A stretch of 52,699 nucleotides of DNA from Octopus bimaculoides. Taxonomy: Eukaryota. The stretch lies in contig NC_068983.1 in NCBI RefSeq assembly GCF_001194135.2, positions 63,545,533-63,598,231 on the forward strand, in the 5' to 3' direction. Made by a program: the position numbers and the translations under genes. The notes below the pieces were generated by a model. It saw only the letters and a program-made list of their open reading frames with translations. It searched no databases and had not been told where the DNA came from. Position 1 is the stretch's first letter; every line of letters starts with the position of its first letter. Below are positions 24,501 to 38,440 of this stretch, one piece after another.

Positions 24501-26617
24501 GGTACCTTTAATACGACAGAAAATATAAGACAAAACGAAAACATTATGAATGCCAAAGACGCATTTAGCTGCGCTTCATTATGCAGTGTAAATACGTAAA
24601 AAAATATAGGACTACTGAAAATTGATAATTATAATATCCCAGTTTCATTAATATGAAAACAATAAAGAAAAGTAATCGGAGAAAAAAACTGAAAATTTGT
24701 TATTATTGCTTATAACTGATGTTATCGCTGCTATTACTCTCCTTGTTTCCATACTTTCGTATTTTCCGTTATCTTTCTGTTGCTATGCTCCTCCCATACG
24801 CCCAGTTTTTTTTTTATCTATATATTTTAGCTGCACAGTAACTAAAGTTTATATATTTAGTAGAAGACTGAATATGTCCAAAATGTTCTAGTACATCATG
24901 GCTAAATTTTGTAAGCTGTTTTGATTGAATTAGAATTATGAAAACATTACCTCGAGCAAAACGATCGCTAATGGTCTTTACATGTACTTGTTTCTTACCA
25001 ACTCCACCAGAATGCAAATTGAATTGAAGCTATGTAACTAAGGTAAAAGACAGACAGTATTAGAGTCTTATGAATCTTGGAATTTCCTTTGTTGGAAAAC
25101 TGACAGTTTGGTTCGAAGTATTCGATTTTCGACATTTTAGTATTTCCATTACATAAAAGTGTTATCAACACACTGCCCTGTCAGGGTGAATAAGATTACA
25201 GTTCCCATTGACGAACGCTGGCATTGGAATATTTTGACAGATTTAAAGCTTTCCACCTTTTTAACCCGATTGGATTTGACCGTTTTATTGAAAATAGTTC
25301 AATTTGCTATTATTTTAAGATAATGCTTTTGTGTTTGTATTCTATTTCCTTTAGTTAAAACCATCTGATCCTAGCATCGTAGGTGTTTAGGAATTTAAGA
25401 TAGTTAAATCAATTCACAATTTTCAAGAGACAACTATAAATTGTATCCCAGTTTATGCAGCGTTAAGGTGATCGGCTACATGTCTGCATTCATTATACGA
25501 CATGTTCATCGTATATAATTTTGAGAAAAATATTCTCCCAAATGCATCGTTATTTCCCCTTCATGTACCTTTATCTGTATACAACATCTTTGCTATTTAC
25601 TGATTTCCACCGACCTAATCGCTGGATGTTTCATAATTCAGAGTATGAGAGTGACAAAGGAGTGCTTATAACTTAATGTAGAAGAAACATCCTCTTGTTC
25701 GTCGATATTGATCTCTCAGTTTCATGCCGATGTTTGTATCCTTCACCAATATACATCGTAACATGAAATTAAGTGTATAATAGAAGAAACACGTTTTCCC
25801 TCTCAAATATAATTTGTACTGCTTTTGAAATGCACGATATGAAACATCTGTTCAATATTCAACGCCTGAATCGTTTTGTCATTCATTACAAACTAATAGG
25901 ATGTTTTAAGGGCATGTGTGAGTTGTTGAAATTCCTGTTTCAAATCATATCACCTTGAGACCTTATCAACGTTCGACTCAGTCTCTGGGTAAATGTACAC
26001 TGGACGGTTTAGCGTGGTATTCAACCGATATTTAAGAAATATTTTTCATTAGAGAAAAGAGATGTGGAGGATGGAATGTTCGTATCTTTTTTTTTTCAAG
26101 AGAGTAGTGATTGTTAGTGAAGTGGAATAACTCCGACTCAAATACTTTCTTTCAACTCATTTCTATACTATGGCATCCATACTCAATCTTTTATGAAAAA
26201 TAATGACCGCAATATGTAAATAAGATAGATTAGTTTCTTTTTTAAACATGTCTTGATAACTCTATAATACATATTGGCATGCATATGTACAAACATACAA
26301 GCACGTAATAATAAAATTCTGTTATAGATTATGAAAAACGATTTTTCCAGTTATTCGATCACTGGAATTAAAAATTCATTGAATTACTTATCAAGAGGTT
26401 GCGTATTCCATTTACTCTTAGCATAACCCACTCATACAATGACTAACTTTTATTACTTGGGGTCTTGTAATATAGGTTTAGTCAAGTTATAACTGGAAAT
26501 TTATGGGGCTTGCATACTGTTATATAGTTTTCTAGTCATAGTGTGTGGGAAATAGGAGAAAGTATTATAAAGAGGGTGAAATGGAAGAAAAAAAAAAGAA
26601 AACAGCAAAAGGAATTG

Positions 26618-26833
26618 CACTAAGGTTTGAAATAAGATGTCACTACTGTTAATATCATCTATGGAAAAATTTAAATTGATGGTATTAACAGTAGTTACAT
26701 GCTAATTTACAATTTATAGCTAAATAATGCCTTTTGCCTGCGAACCGCCTATGTTACTACTGTTGATATCATCAATTTAAATTATTCCACAGATAATATT
26801 AACAGTAGTGACATCTTATTTCAAACCTTGGTG
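26618..26833. mobile_element. 216-bp MITE-like element with 83-bp terminal inverted repeats
   Basis: 26618-26700 is the near-perfect reverse complement of 26751-26833 (cac.aaggtttgaaataagatgtcactactgttaatat..); 50-bp spacer. Confidence 0.8.
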
Positions 26834-26844
26834 TTTGAATGTTT

Positions 26845-26928
<84 letters not shown>

Positions 26929-27360
26929 TAAAAATAAATACAAAAAAAGGGTTTTGCATGATCGTGTATAGAGGAATATATTATTTTATTTAAAAGAGTT
27001 CCAGCTCTGTCTGTTTTTTATGTTTTATTTATATTCTTGTAAAATTAATGTGGGATATAGAATATGGAATATATAATTTATAATATAAAAATGGATGGTA
27101 CAATGAAATGAAGTATTGAATGTCTTATTGAATATATGGAATATGTCTTAATGAATATATGAAATATTTAGTGTTCAATATAAAGGATTAAATATATAAA
27201 GGCGAATACGTATTTTCAATACCTTGTGCTATTTCATCATGGCCGGTATCTGACAGACGGTAACAGACTGTAATAGACTGGCTGGTTTTCTGTCTTTTAT
27301 ACCTATTCCTTTGGACAGCAGCATGGCTATTTTTAGAATTGATGCCATATATATATATAT

Positions 27361-27900
27361 AAACAAAAAATGGAACAAGAACGTAACAGGCGACAACAAA
27401 ACCTTCGGACAGTTAGATGATGCAAAAAAAAAAAAAAAGATAAGAAAAACACAAGGACGGGTCATTCAGAGCTTTCAATCTTCAGTCGAGCACCATATCG
27501 TCTTTGCATTTTCGGCCGGTTACTCTCGAGACTGTTCTAATCTGGCCGGCCCCAAGAAAATCTAAGCTAAGAGCATTACATTCTTTGGAAGAAAGCAAGC
27601 GAATGTATACGAAAACAAGGACGAAACAAAAACGGAGACATAGTACGCAATTACAACTACAAACAACAAGTGTCTTTCGACTAAGGACGAATTAAATAAA
27701 GCTGGCATGCGTGGAAGTGAAGCTTTAGGGCAGGAACATAGAAGATGAAAATCATGGGAAAGAATAGAAGAGATACTACACGGACCAAGAAAGAAAGGTC
27801 AGGCTTGGCCGAACACCGGTCACGTGAAAGGAGAGGAGAAAGGTAGGGGAAGAGGATTGAAGAATTAGGGAGGGACGAGAAAGAGAGAAAAAAAAGGAAA
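27361..27900 (-). mobile_element. Penelope-like 3' end / pLTR relic
   Basis: Minus strand ggccgg..ccggccGAAA stem motif followed by gactgaagattgaaagctctgaatgacccgtcc; 27361-27505 is homologous to 29268-29398. Confidence 0.5.
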
Positions 27901-29267
27901 GGGAGAGCGTGAGGTAAAGGAGGAGGGAAAGTAAGGAGAATGATAGGGTGGGAGCGAGAAAAAGACAAGTGGAAGAAACGAAGAAAGTGTGAAGGAAAGG
28001 GGGCTACAGGAAAGAGAAAAAGAGCCGTACAGAATTTATATATATATATATATATATATATGTACTTACATACAGGAGACCAAAAGTGTATGTACGCCGC
28101 AATTTGTATATANNNNNNNNNNNNNNNNNNNNNNNNNNNNNNNNNNNNNNNNNNNNNNNNNNNNNNNNNNNNNNNNNNNNNNNNNNNNNNNNNNNNNNNN
28201 NNNNNNNNNNNNNNNNNNNNNNNNNNNNNNNNNNNNNNNNNNNNNNNNNNNNNNNNNNNNNNNNNNNNNNNNNNNNNNNNNNNNNNNNNNNNNNNNNNNN
28301 NNNNNNNNNNNNNNNNNNNNNNNNNNNNNNNNNNNNNNNNNNNNNNNNNNNNNNNNNNNNNNNNNNNNNNNNNNNNNNNNNNNNNNNNNNNNNNNNNNNN
28401 NNNNNNNNNNNNNNNNNNNNNNNNNNNNNNNNNNNNNNNNNNNNNNNNNNNNNNNNNNNNNNNNNNNNNNNNNNNNNNNNNNNNNNNNNNNNNNNNNNNN
28501 NNNNNNNNNNNNNNNNNNNNNNNNNNNNNNNNNNNNNNNNNNNNNNNNNNNNNNNNNNNNNNNNNNNNNNNNNNNNNNNNNNNNNNNNNNNNNNNNNNNN
28601 NNNNNNNNNNNNNNNNNNNNNNNNNNNNNNNNNNNNNNNNNNNNNNNNNNNNNNNNNNNNNNNNNNNNNNNNNNNNNNNNNNNNNNNNNNNNNNNNNNNN
28701 NNNNNNNNNNNNNNNNNNNNNNNNNNNNNNNNNNNNNNNNNNNNNNNNNNNNNNNNNNNNNNNNNNNNNNNNNNNNNNNNNNNNNNNNNNNNNNNNNNNN
28801 NNNNNNNNNNNNNNNNNNNNNNNNNNNNNNNNNNNNNNNNNNNNNNNNNNNNNNNNNNNNNNNNNNNNNNNNNNNNNNNNNNNNNNNNNNNNNNNNNNNN
28901 NNNNNNNNNNNNNNNNNNNNNNNNNNNNNNNNNNNNNNNNNNNNNNNNNNNNNNNNNNNNNNNNNNNNNNNNNNNNNNNNNNNNNNNNNNNNNNNNNNNN
29001 NCGTCCAATTCTCTAACGGTTTTTTTCAAATGAATCAAGTCATAACCTTATCCATCTATTGTTTTCATAATCGGTCATAATGTCTTACGTTTAAGATGAT
29101 TCCCATGCTTTCCCTGATGAGAAGGTTACAATTTTAATATCAAAGACCCCTATGCATCACACAGGTTGTAATCCTTTGAAACATATGTACGAATAAAGTA
29201 TGCAATTATAACATGCGTTTTCTCCAATCCTTAAATTCTTAAATATATATATATATATATATATATA

Positions 29268-29800
29268 AAACAAAGCAAAACAATGGAACAAGAACGTAAC
29301 AAGTGACAACGAAACATTCGGACAGTCAGACGATAGAAAAAAGGACAGGACGGGTCATTCGGAGCTTTGAATCTTCAGTCGAGTACAAGATCGTCTTTAT
29401 ATACATATAATTTCGTCAGTTGTCGGTTGTCTGTATACTCCTCATTTCGAGCATTCAACAACAATATGAGTCTTCAAAGACAGTTGTTGCAGTAAATTCT
29501 AAGATAAAATTTAAGATTTATAGAGGGTCAAAGTTGGGAACAAACAAAATGACAGTGGAGACATATAAGGAAACCGAACGAAAACAAACATGGAGGGTGG
29601 TTAGACCAGAACGAGAGGAAAATAGTGAACTATGGGAGAAACGCTTTTTTGAAAAGAGAAAAGACAGAAGGGGGAGAGAAACATTGTTTTGAAAAGAGAA
29701 AAAAAATAGGAGACAGAAAAGACATTTAAACGTCCGTGCAGGAAAAGAAAGATGGTTACGTGAAGAAAAGAAGATGGACGATAGTCACATGTGATCCAAG
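29268..29800 (-). mobile_element. Second related Penelope-like relic
   Basis: atggaacaagaacgtaaca..acattcggacagt..gacgggtcattcggagcttt.aatcttcagtcgag shared with the 27361 copy; both begin at a (TA)n run. Confidence 0.5.
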
Positions 29801-30260
29801 AGAGAGAGAGAGAGAGATANNNNNNNNNNNNNNNNNNNNNNNNNNNNNNNNNNNNNNNNNNNNNNNNNNNNNNNNNNNNNNNNNNNNNNNNNNNNNNNNN
29901 NNNNNNNNNNNNNNNNNNNNNNNNNNNNNNNNNNNNNNNNNNNNNNNNNNNNNNNNNNNNNNNNNNNNNNNNNNNNNNNNNNNNNNNNNNNNNNNNNNNN
30001 NNNNNNNNNNNNNNNNNNNNNNNNNNNNNNNNNNNNNNNNNNNNNNNNNNNNNNNNNNNNNNNNNNNNNNNNNNNNNNNNNNNNNNNNNNNNNNNNNNNN
30101 NNNNNNNNNNNNNNNNNNNNNNNNNNNNNNNNNNNNNNNNNNNNNNNNNNNNNNNNNNNNNNNNNNNNNNNNNNNNNNNNNNNNNNNNNNNNNNNNNNNN
30201 NNNNNNNNNNNNNNNNNNNNNNNNNNNNNNNNNNNNNNNNNNNNNNNNNNNNNNNNNNNN

Positions 30261-30295
<35 letters not shown>

Positions 30296-30749
30296 GAGTG
30301 TGTGTATACGTACACACGCATATCTATATATGTGTATATAAATATTCACACGGAAGCGCAAGACGCAAGCTCATAACTAAAGTACACATACTCGCGTAGA
30401 TATGCACATAACGAATTACATACTTTACTTATTTTTAGATATACTAATGCTTCAGGCATCACGTATTTCTCGTTCTTTTGTTAATTGACCTTTTCCATAG
30501 CACAAAGTGTCAAGGTAATCAGCCAAATTACTGCCTATAAACATGACTTAAGACAAATATATTGACATGTGATATTGTAAAGACCCTTTTGATTTAAATT
30601 TGAAATTCCGCTGAGATAAACTTAACATTTCATTGCACCGGTATGATTAAAATATAATTGTGTCGATGTAATGGATTATTGGTCTTTTCTAAAGCCGTAG
30701 CCGATAGCTTATATTATACAGTATAATTAAAGTAAATTACATTAGGGTT

Positions 30750-30950
30750 TTGGCAGAATCGGTAGAATAACAGAAATATATAAAAAAAAAAAATGCCCCG
30801 TTAGGCTACATCTGTTTACGTTCTATCGAGATCTATTTCGTATATCATTCTTCAAAGAATCAATAATATAAGTTTTATCAATTCTTTGTGTTGGGGTTGA
30901 TGTAATCAATTGTAGTTCCCGTCCAGAAAATGGTGGCCTTGTACATATAT
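30750..30950 (+). mobile_element. Heavily degraded SINE family B-like copy
   Basis: ttggcagaatcggtaga head and tggggttgatgtaatcaat domain remnant. Confidence 0.45.
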
Positions 30951-30999
30951 TCAATATGAATTTTAGTCTGTTGTTATCCTTTGTAATTTGATTCTTGAT

Positions 31000-31750
31000 T
31001 TTTAATCCTTCATGTTATCAGCTTCATCTATTCTTAAATACTTGCATGAATGGTTGCAATTTTCTGCGTTCAGTGACTAACCCTGTTTGAATTTTCATTA
31101 AATTGCCTATTCATTGATGCCACTTATACAACATATTTGTATCTCATTACTTAATTCATATACAATTTTAGTAAGTTCTTAGGCTGCATTTTGTCACTTA
31201 CATATAAGTTTAAATCATTCATAGAACAGTAACTAATTTATGGTTTGCTCATAGCATGTGCAATTATTCGATTTTTTGATTCAGAAAATTAGTTTATTGA
31301 GTCAGAGGTAGATTTGAATGATTTTGGGGTTGGGGGAAGTCTTATATTTTATTTGTGTTGTCTATTTTATTGTAATTCCAGTATCATTTGGATGAGTTAT
31401 ACTTCTTCCGGGATCTTTTTAAACTGTATTATAACTGCTTACATTAATGTTCGTTTTGTGTCTCCAGTGATTATCTTTTCTCGTGCTTGTGTGCGTTTAA
31501 TATCAGATGAATGGTTAATATAACACTTCTAGACATTGTTCTTTAGTCCATAGATGCTCTTGTAGTTTTTGCTTTATTATGATGGACGTTGAAAGCTGGT
31601 TTATTGCGCATTAAACATTAAACTTCTAACACTGCTGCTTGAGTTACCTGTTATTCTAAGAGTAATCAATTTAAACACGCGCTACGACATTCCTCATAAT
31701 TGTTGAGTTGGATATTCTTTTTATTGCTGATTATGTTGTCGGTCATGTTT
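31000..31750 (-). pseudogene. Very decayed RT region of an RLE-type non-LTR element
   Basis: ISYCSMNDLNLYVSDKMQPKNLL resembles ISHLxYMDDLKLYAxNxxQLxxLL; flanking similarity is weaker. Confidence 0.4.
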
Positions 31751-31814
31751 GATGTGGTGAGTTGGAAAATCTTTGTTGAGTTTTCTTCATACGTGTGGAA
31801 TTGAGAGAGTCACC

Positions 31815-31960
31815 AGAGCGTCGGACAAAATACCTTGACTACCTAATTACTGCTCTTTACATCTGAGATCAAATCACAGTAATGCCAACTTCGCATTTCA
31901 ACGTTTACACGAATTTCAAAAAAAAAAAACGTATTAAGTACTAGGTGGTGATTGAATATT
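31815..31960 (+). mobile_element. Degraded SINE family B-like copy
   Basis: agagcgtcggacaaaatacc..ctgagatcaaatc..caacttcgcatttca. Confidence 0.55.
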
Positions 31961-32289
31961 CCTATAACCCACCGAAGAATGGAATCATAATACCAGATAG
32001 AGAATTTTAAAATTAGTTCTTGTTGTATAATATATCACATTCTTAATTTTTCATTCTGGGCACACATTGTTATGTAGTATTATGAAAGATATATTTTTAA
32101 CATAATCAGGACAAGGAAGACATAACATAAATATTGGCCGTTCGTAGTGGATGTCTGAATAGCATCTCTATCTACTCGGTTTGTTGATTTGCTCTTGGAT
32201 TTAGTGACGCTATTCAATATTTTCCTTTACTTACGAAGCGCTATGCTTCATCATCCATGTTATCATTCAGCCCAACGTAGTCGTCGTCG

Positions 32290-32402
<113 letters not shown>

Positions 32403-32808
32403 TCTGAGTTCCTTCAAGCATTATACAGAACAGACAGATATAGCTTCCATATATTTTCTCATCTGATTTGAGCAGTAAAACTTCTGTGTTCAGTATTTCT
32501 AGCGAGGCATAAAATCCAACTAGTTTAATGTTGCAATATCATTTTATATATTTCTCCAGTCAGGAAAATAATTGAGAAATATTGAAGGAAAGGAAAAATA
32601 TGCATATATGCATACATACACATTCGTCTAAATACATACATACATACATACATATATACACACATGCGTATGTCCATACATACATATATGCATACATGCA
32701 TACATGCATACATGCATATATACATATATACATACATAAATACATAAATACATACACACATACACACACATATATATACATGTATATATATATATACATA
32801 TACATATA

Positions 32809-32860
<52 letters not shown>

Positions 32861-33037
32861 CACACAAATATATGTATATATGTATATATGTGCATAAATA
32901 CCTGCTTATATTCATATATACATATGTGTATGTATACATATATACATGCACNNNNNNNNNNNNNNNNNNNNNNNNNNNNNNNNNNNNNNNNNNNNNNNNN
33001 NNNNNNNNNNNNNNNNNNNNNNNNNNNNNNNNNNNNN

Positions 33038-33118
<81 letters not shown>

Positions 33119-34652
33119 CACACAAATATATGTATATATGTATATATGTGCATAAATACCTGCTTATATTCATATATACATATGTGTATGTATACATATA
33201 TACATGCACAGGGACAATCCTGCGCACACAGACAATCCTGCGCACACAGACATACACACTTACCGAAACACATACACATATGCATTCGCTACACACATAA
33301 GCACACATCCACAGACACGTGTNNNNNNNNNNGGATATGTTATTTCGTTAATGTTGACAGTTCCTGTATAATTTGATGCTATCGAAATTAACACACGGTT
33401 AATCGAGAGAGAAACATGTTGAAAACGAAATCTGATTAGATGGACTAAATTACGACTAGTCATCAAATGAGTTCTAAAACGGAGAATCTTGTACATCATT
33501 TGCACATAAATTAGTTTTAGGAATGATGTCCTGTTTGATCAGTGAGAAACTGTCAAATGTTTATTCTTTTTCTGCGATCTAATCTAGATGTCCATAAACA
33601 GTTTCCGCATAAAGGAAACAATAATAATCATAGAATGAAAAAAATATAATTATGTTCGAATTTTTTTTCGTTTATCTTAGCTAGGTAGAAATGCTTCATT
33701 GGTCGTCGAAATTAGTTGCTTATTAAGAAAACCTCGTTATTTTTTCTCAGATATATAGACACAATAAATGGAACAGGAGAAATGATTTTGTCGGACAACA
33801 GAACAATCAAATTAATAAATGTTTTTTGCTTCATCTATGACAGTGATATAGCCAAAGCTTCTCAACAAACAAGGAAATGTATCTTAGATTTAAGGTTACA
33901 ACTTACACTCAATGTCATGTAAAAATGATTGCAAGCCTTTAAAATTTTTGTTTTCAACATGTGTAAATCAGTGTCCTCTATATTATAGTGTTCTTGGTAA
34001 AATGTCTGCAGCGATTTCAATACGTTTGAAGCCTTTACTTCTTATTTCACCCATAATCTGTATTCAGACAAGAATAGAAATGCTTGCAAGAGAAAACGCT
34101 GGTACATGATATTTCATTAGATAAGTACCGAATCTGTTACTTCTCAAGAGACTTCAATAAAATTCGTATACGCGTATCACCAAAGATGCAGACAGTTTTA
34201 GCAATGATGGAAAACGGCGCATCAAAATATGTCTATATATATATANNNNNNNNNNNNNNNNNNNNNNNNNNNNNNNNNNNNNNNNNNNNNNNNNNNNNNN
34301 NNNNNNNNNNNNNNNNNNNNNNNNNNNNNNNNNNNNNNNNNNNNNNNNNNNNNNNNNNNNNNNNNNNNNNNNNNNNNNNNNNNNNNNNNNNNNNNNNNNN
34401 NNNNNNNNNNNNNNNNNNNNNNNNNNNNNNNNNNNNNNNNNNNNNNNNNNNNNNNNNNNNNNNNNNNNNNNNNNNNNNNNNNNNNNNNNNNNNNNNNNNN
34501 NNNNNNNNNNNNNNNNNNNNNNNNNNNNNNNNNNNNNNNNNNNNNNNNNNNNNNNNNNNNNNNNNNNNNNNNNNNNNNNNNNNNNNNNNNNNNNNNNNNN
34601 NNNNNNNNNNNNNNNNNNNNNNNNNNNNNNNNNNNNNNNNNNNNNNNNNNNN

Positions 34653-34695
<43 letters not shown>

Positions 34696-34699
34696 ACAT

Positions 34700-34797
34700 A
34701 TATACGACGGACGTCTTTAGCTTCTGTCTACCAACTCCACTCACAAGGTTTTTCATCGACCCGGGGCTATATTAGAAAACACTTGCCCAAAGTAGCA
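34700..34797 (-). mobile_element. SINE family A internal fragment
   Basis: gtctaccaactccactcacaagg..ggggctatattagaaaacacttgccca matches the reverse complement of the family A body. Confidence 0.8.
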
Positions 34798-35124
34798 CAC
34801 GCATACACGCACACGCACATACACACACGCACATATATACACATCAAGTTGATCGTTGGTGTAACCATGATATTCTGGGGGATATTAGGACCCAGCTTTC
34901 TTTATTTCCATTGATTTGTAAATATACAATTGCATTGTATAATGCAGAGCATGCATACTAATGCAAACACATGGGTATGAATTATTCCACATTGGAATTA
35001 ATACTACATAAAGGCTGCTAAACGGACATAACCCTAAGAATGTCATATGTGGTTAAATGAATATATATTCAACTCTCATACCTCCTGACTTTTACGCATA
35101 TGTATATATGTATATATATGTATA

Positions 35125-35179
<55 letters not shown>

Positions 35180-35208
35180 NNNNNNNNNNNNNNNNNNNNN
35201 NNNNNNNN

Positions 35209-35248
<40 letters not shown>

Positions 35249-36182
35249 CAGGGAGACAGAGAGACACACACACGTGCACGTGCGCGCGTACACACACGCA
35301 CGCGCGCACGCATACACACACACGCACGCGCATACACACATATCTATGTATGTATTAACTTTTATCTTTTATCTGTTTCAGTTATTTGACTGCAGCCGTG
35401 TAACAGCAAAGAAGTAGAGACGCTGTTGGATTATTCAGAAAACTGCAAACTGTTTCATTAAGCATTATGAGACAAATACAAAAGTAAACAGAACGAACCC
35501 AACTCGGATCGAACGATTTAGAAAGCCAATCTGTTAAGCGTATTCATACTACACTACTAATCGGAACAAATTCAACAGCTTGAAATGCTAAAGTCTTACT
35601 CACAAAAATGTGTATATGCAAAGAAGCATAGCGTATCATATATATATTGATATTTAGTAACCTTACTCATTGCAGTCGTAAACTATCAATCTCTCTTAAC
35701 CTATATTATATCTATTACTCTCAATAATGCACTACACGTTTACTTTACCATTTTGCAAATCCGTTTATGAAAATTATGGCCAGTCAATGCACGTAGCCAT
35801 CTCTTTGTGCATGGATCAAAATCTTTATCGACCAAAATTACACGATATCAGAAAACTTGGAAATAAATTAGTCTGTCACGATACAAACATTTCTGTTAAG
35901 TTTCGTAAAATATTTGTAACTGTTATTTGGTTGATTAATCTAATGATGATTGCATATTGTATGTTCTTGCATACGTCTATGAGAGGGAGTTTTGAGGTTG
36001 AAAATTTAAGTATTAAAGAGGAGGTTGCTCGGTAATAAATTTAATGACTATACGCATATAATTAGAGCTATATGAAAGGGTATTCATTAGCATTTAATAG
36101 TTGAAAGAGTCAAGTAAGTCAGCGTTTGCCTACTTATGTTACTCTGTCAATAAATACGACTGAAATATAAATTATAGTTTAC

Positions 36183-36461
36183 TCTCTTACTCTTTTATTT
36201 GTTTCAGTCATTTGACTACGGCCATGCTGGAGCACCTCCTTTATTCGAAGAAATTGACCCCAGGACTTATTCTATGTAAGCCTAGTACTTATTCTATCNN
36301 NNNNNNNNNNNNNNNNNNNNNNNNNNNNNNNNNNNNNNNNNNNNNNNNNNNNNNNNNNNNNNNNNNNNNNNNNNNNNNNNNNNNNNNNNNNNNNNNNNNN
36401 NNNNNNNNNNNNNNNNNNNNNNNNNNNNNNNNNNNNNNNNNNNNNNNNNNNNNNNNNNNNN

Positions 36462-36502
<41 letters not shown>

Positions 36503-36545
36503 CGACGAGCTTATTTCAGTTTCCGTCTACCAAATCCACTCACTC
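36183..36545 (-). mobile_element. SINE family A copy spanning an N-gap
   Basis: Tail tcagtcatttgactacggccatgctggagcacc..aagcctagtacttattctatc, then gap, (CA)n(TA)n and body ttcagtttccgtctaccaaatccactc. Confidence 0.88.
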
Positions 36546-37710
36546 ATGCCAACTAATGGTCCTCTGAAATATATGCTGGAAAGGAATTTGCATCGTGCTG
36601 TCGAAATGCTCAGTAAATCTTAATAATGAGTAGTGTCGTATGAATATGCTTAGTTTAGGTAGGTGTTGTTCCAAAAATTACAGTTACAGAAATTCATCAA
36701 TACAATCAATATAAAATCGAAGATTTTCATCATGTCTACATGTTCCACCGAGAAGCTGAAAATCACATTACTATACTTTCAACAATCGCATGATTTCTAA
36801 ACATCCACATTCATATATCTTCTTGTCATGAAATATGTCTAAAAACAACCCTGGATTTTGCACGTAAACGTGACTATTAAATTGCTTAGTAAAAATGAGA
36901 AAGAAAAATTCAAATTCACATAACATCTATTCGTTGCCCTCTTCCTAAGGCCTGTTTATACTTCAGAATACTGTCGTACAACCTGTTATTAAGATGATCA
37001 CGTAAACTACACTGTTACAACAGACTGTCACCGCTAACCCTGCAGCAGATATAGAAGAAAAACACACAAAACAAAATGAGTGTTATGGTTTGCCATACTT
37101 ATGACAGATCTCCAGCACGAATGCGCAACAGAAAAGAAAAAAAAAACAAAACGAAATATCGTCAGAGTTGACAACAATGAATAAAATATCAATATATTGA
37201 ATTAAGAGATTCATGTGATGAGAAGGAAATAGATTAAAATTGGTTACTGGAACTTTTACCGTTGGAAGAAGAATATCTATGAAATTTAGAATGATTGCAG
37301 TATACAAATAATATTCTTGTCTATATTTGGTCTAAATTATTGGTTCATCATGCTAGTTTTCTTCATTGATTTATTGGAACTTATCTGCTTTATAGTTAGC
37401 AAACCAAAGTAACTATGCTAATACTCTTTCAATGCATCTAGATGTGTTTTTGTGATAATCACAGAATTTAGAAATATATAAACACTACTTCATAAGTAAG
37501 TGTTGTAAAGTAGTAAACAAATTAATACTTCTAAGTCATATGGTAGGAGAGAAACGTTTGGCAGAATCGAATTTATAATTGGCTTTTGATTCTCTGTATC
37601 TATTCAATTTAAATCCTTATTTTCACCGCGAAATGAGTGGACTTCACAAGCTTCGTTCAAGTGCGTTATTATGCAGATTCGAATACACGAGGAAAGTGCA
37701 ATTTGTGCAA

Positions 37711-38065
37711 TTCAGTCCCACTGCGTGGCACCTTGGGCAAGTGTCTTCTACTATAGCCCCGGGCCGACCAAAGCCTTGTGAATGGATTTGGTAGACGGAA
37801 ACTGAAAGAAGCCCGTCGTATATATGTATATATATATGTATGTGTGTATATGTTGTGTATCTGTGTTTGTCCCCCAACATCGCTTGACAACCGATGCTGG
37901 TGTGTTTAGGTCCCCGTAACTTAGCGGTTCGGCAAAAAGAGACCGATAGCATAAGTACTAGGCTTACAAAGAATAAGTCCTGGGGTCGATTTAATTCGAC
38001 TAAAGGCGGTGCTCCAGCATGGCCGCAGTCAAATGACTGAGACAAGTAAAAGAATAAAAGAATAA
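37711..38065 (+). mobile_element. 5'-truncated SINE family A copy with intact tail
   Basis: ttcagtcccactgcgtggcaccttgggcaagtgtcttc..internal TA/TG repeat..ggtgctccagcatggccgcagtcaaatgactgagacaagtaaaagaataaaagaataa. Confidence 0.92.
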
Positions 38066-38284
38066 GAAAGTCGCAACTACGGAAAACGGGCATAATTCTA
38101 ATTTGAGTTTTCCAGAAAAATTAACTTATTTCAATTCTAGCTAAAAAAAAGAATGGTACCATGCGAACTATTTGACATTATATTAATAATATCCGTTGAG
38201 GTAAAACGAGGAGGCGATGGATGTGATATTCTAATAGTGATGTGTGCAATGCATGTTAACAGTTATTTGCTTTGTGGATAACTG

Positions 38285-38440
38285 GATAGTAAAGAGCGGC
38301 GTGCAAAATACCTTGTAGTAGTTAACGTACGACCTTTGATGGTTAGTTATCAAAATTCAACTGTAATCGATGTTCTCTTTTATTATTCCATGGTCAGTCA
38401 AATACATCCCACCCAAGTACTGGGACTAATCTAACTGGTG
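38285..38440 (+). mobile_element. Degraded SINE family B-like copy
   Basis: agagcggcgtgcaaaataccttgtagt..aagtactggg remnant. Confidence 0.4.

Noticed and set aside
24900-26000. Possible decayed helicase/transposase sequence on the minus strand
   Set aside because: No diagnostic motif could be read with confidence
32858-33208. Identical direct repeat of about 95 bp flanking a gap
   Set aside because: Copies bracket an N-gap and each follows (TA)n; most likely an assembly artefact
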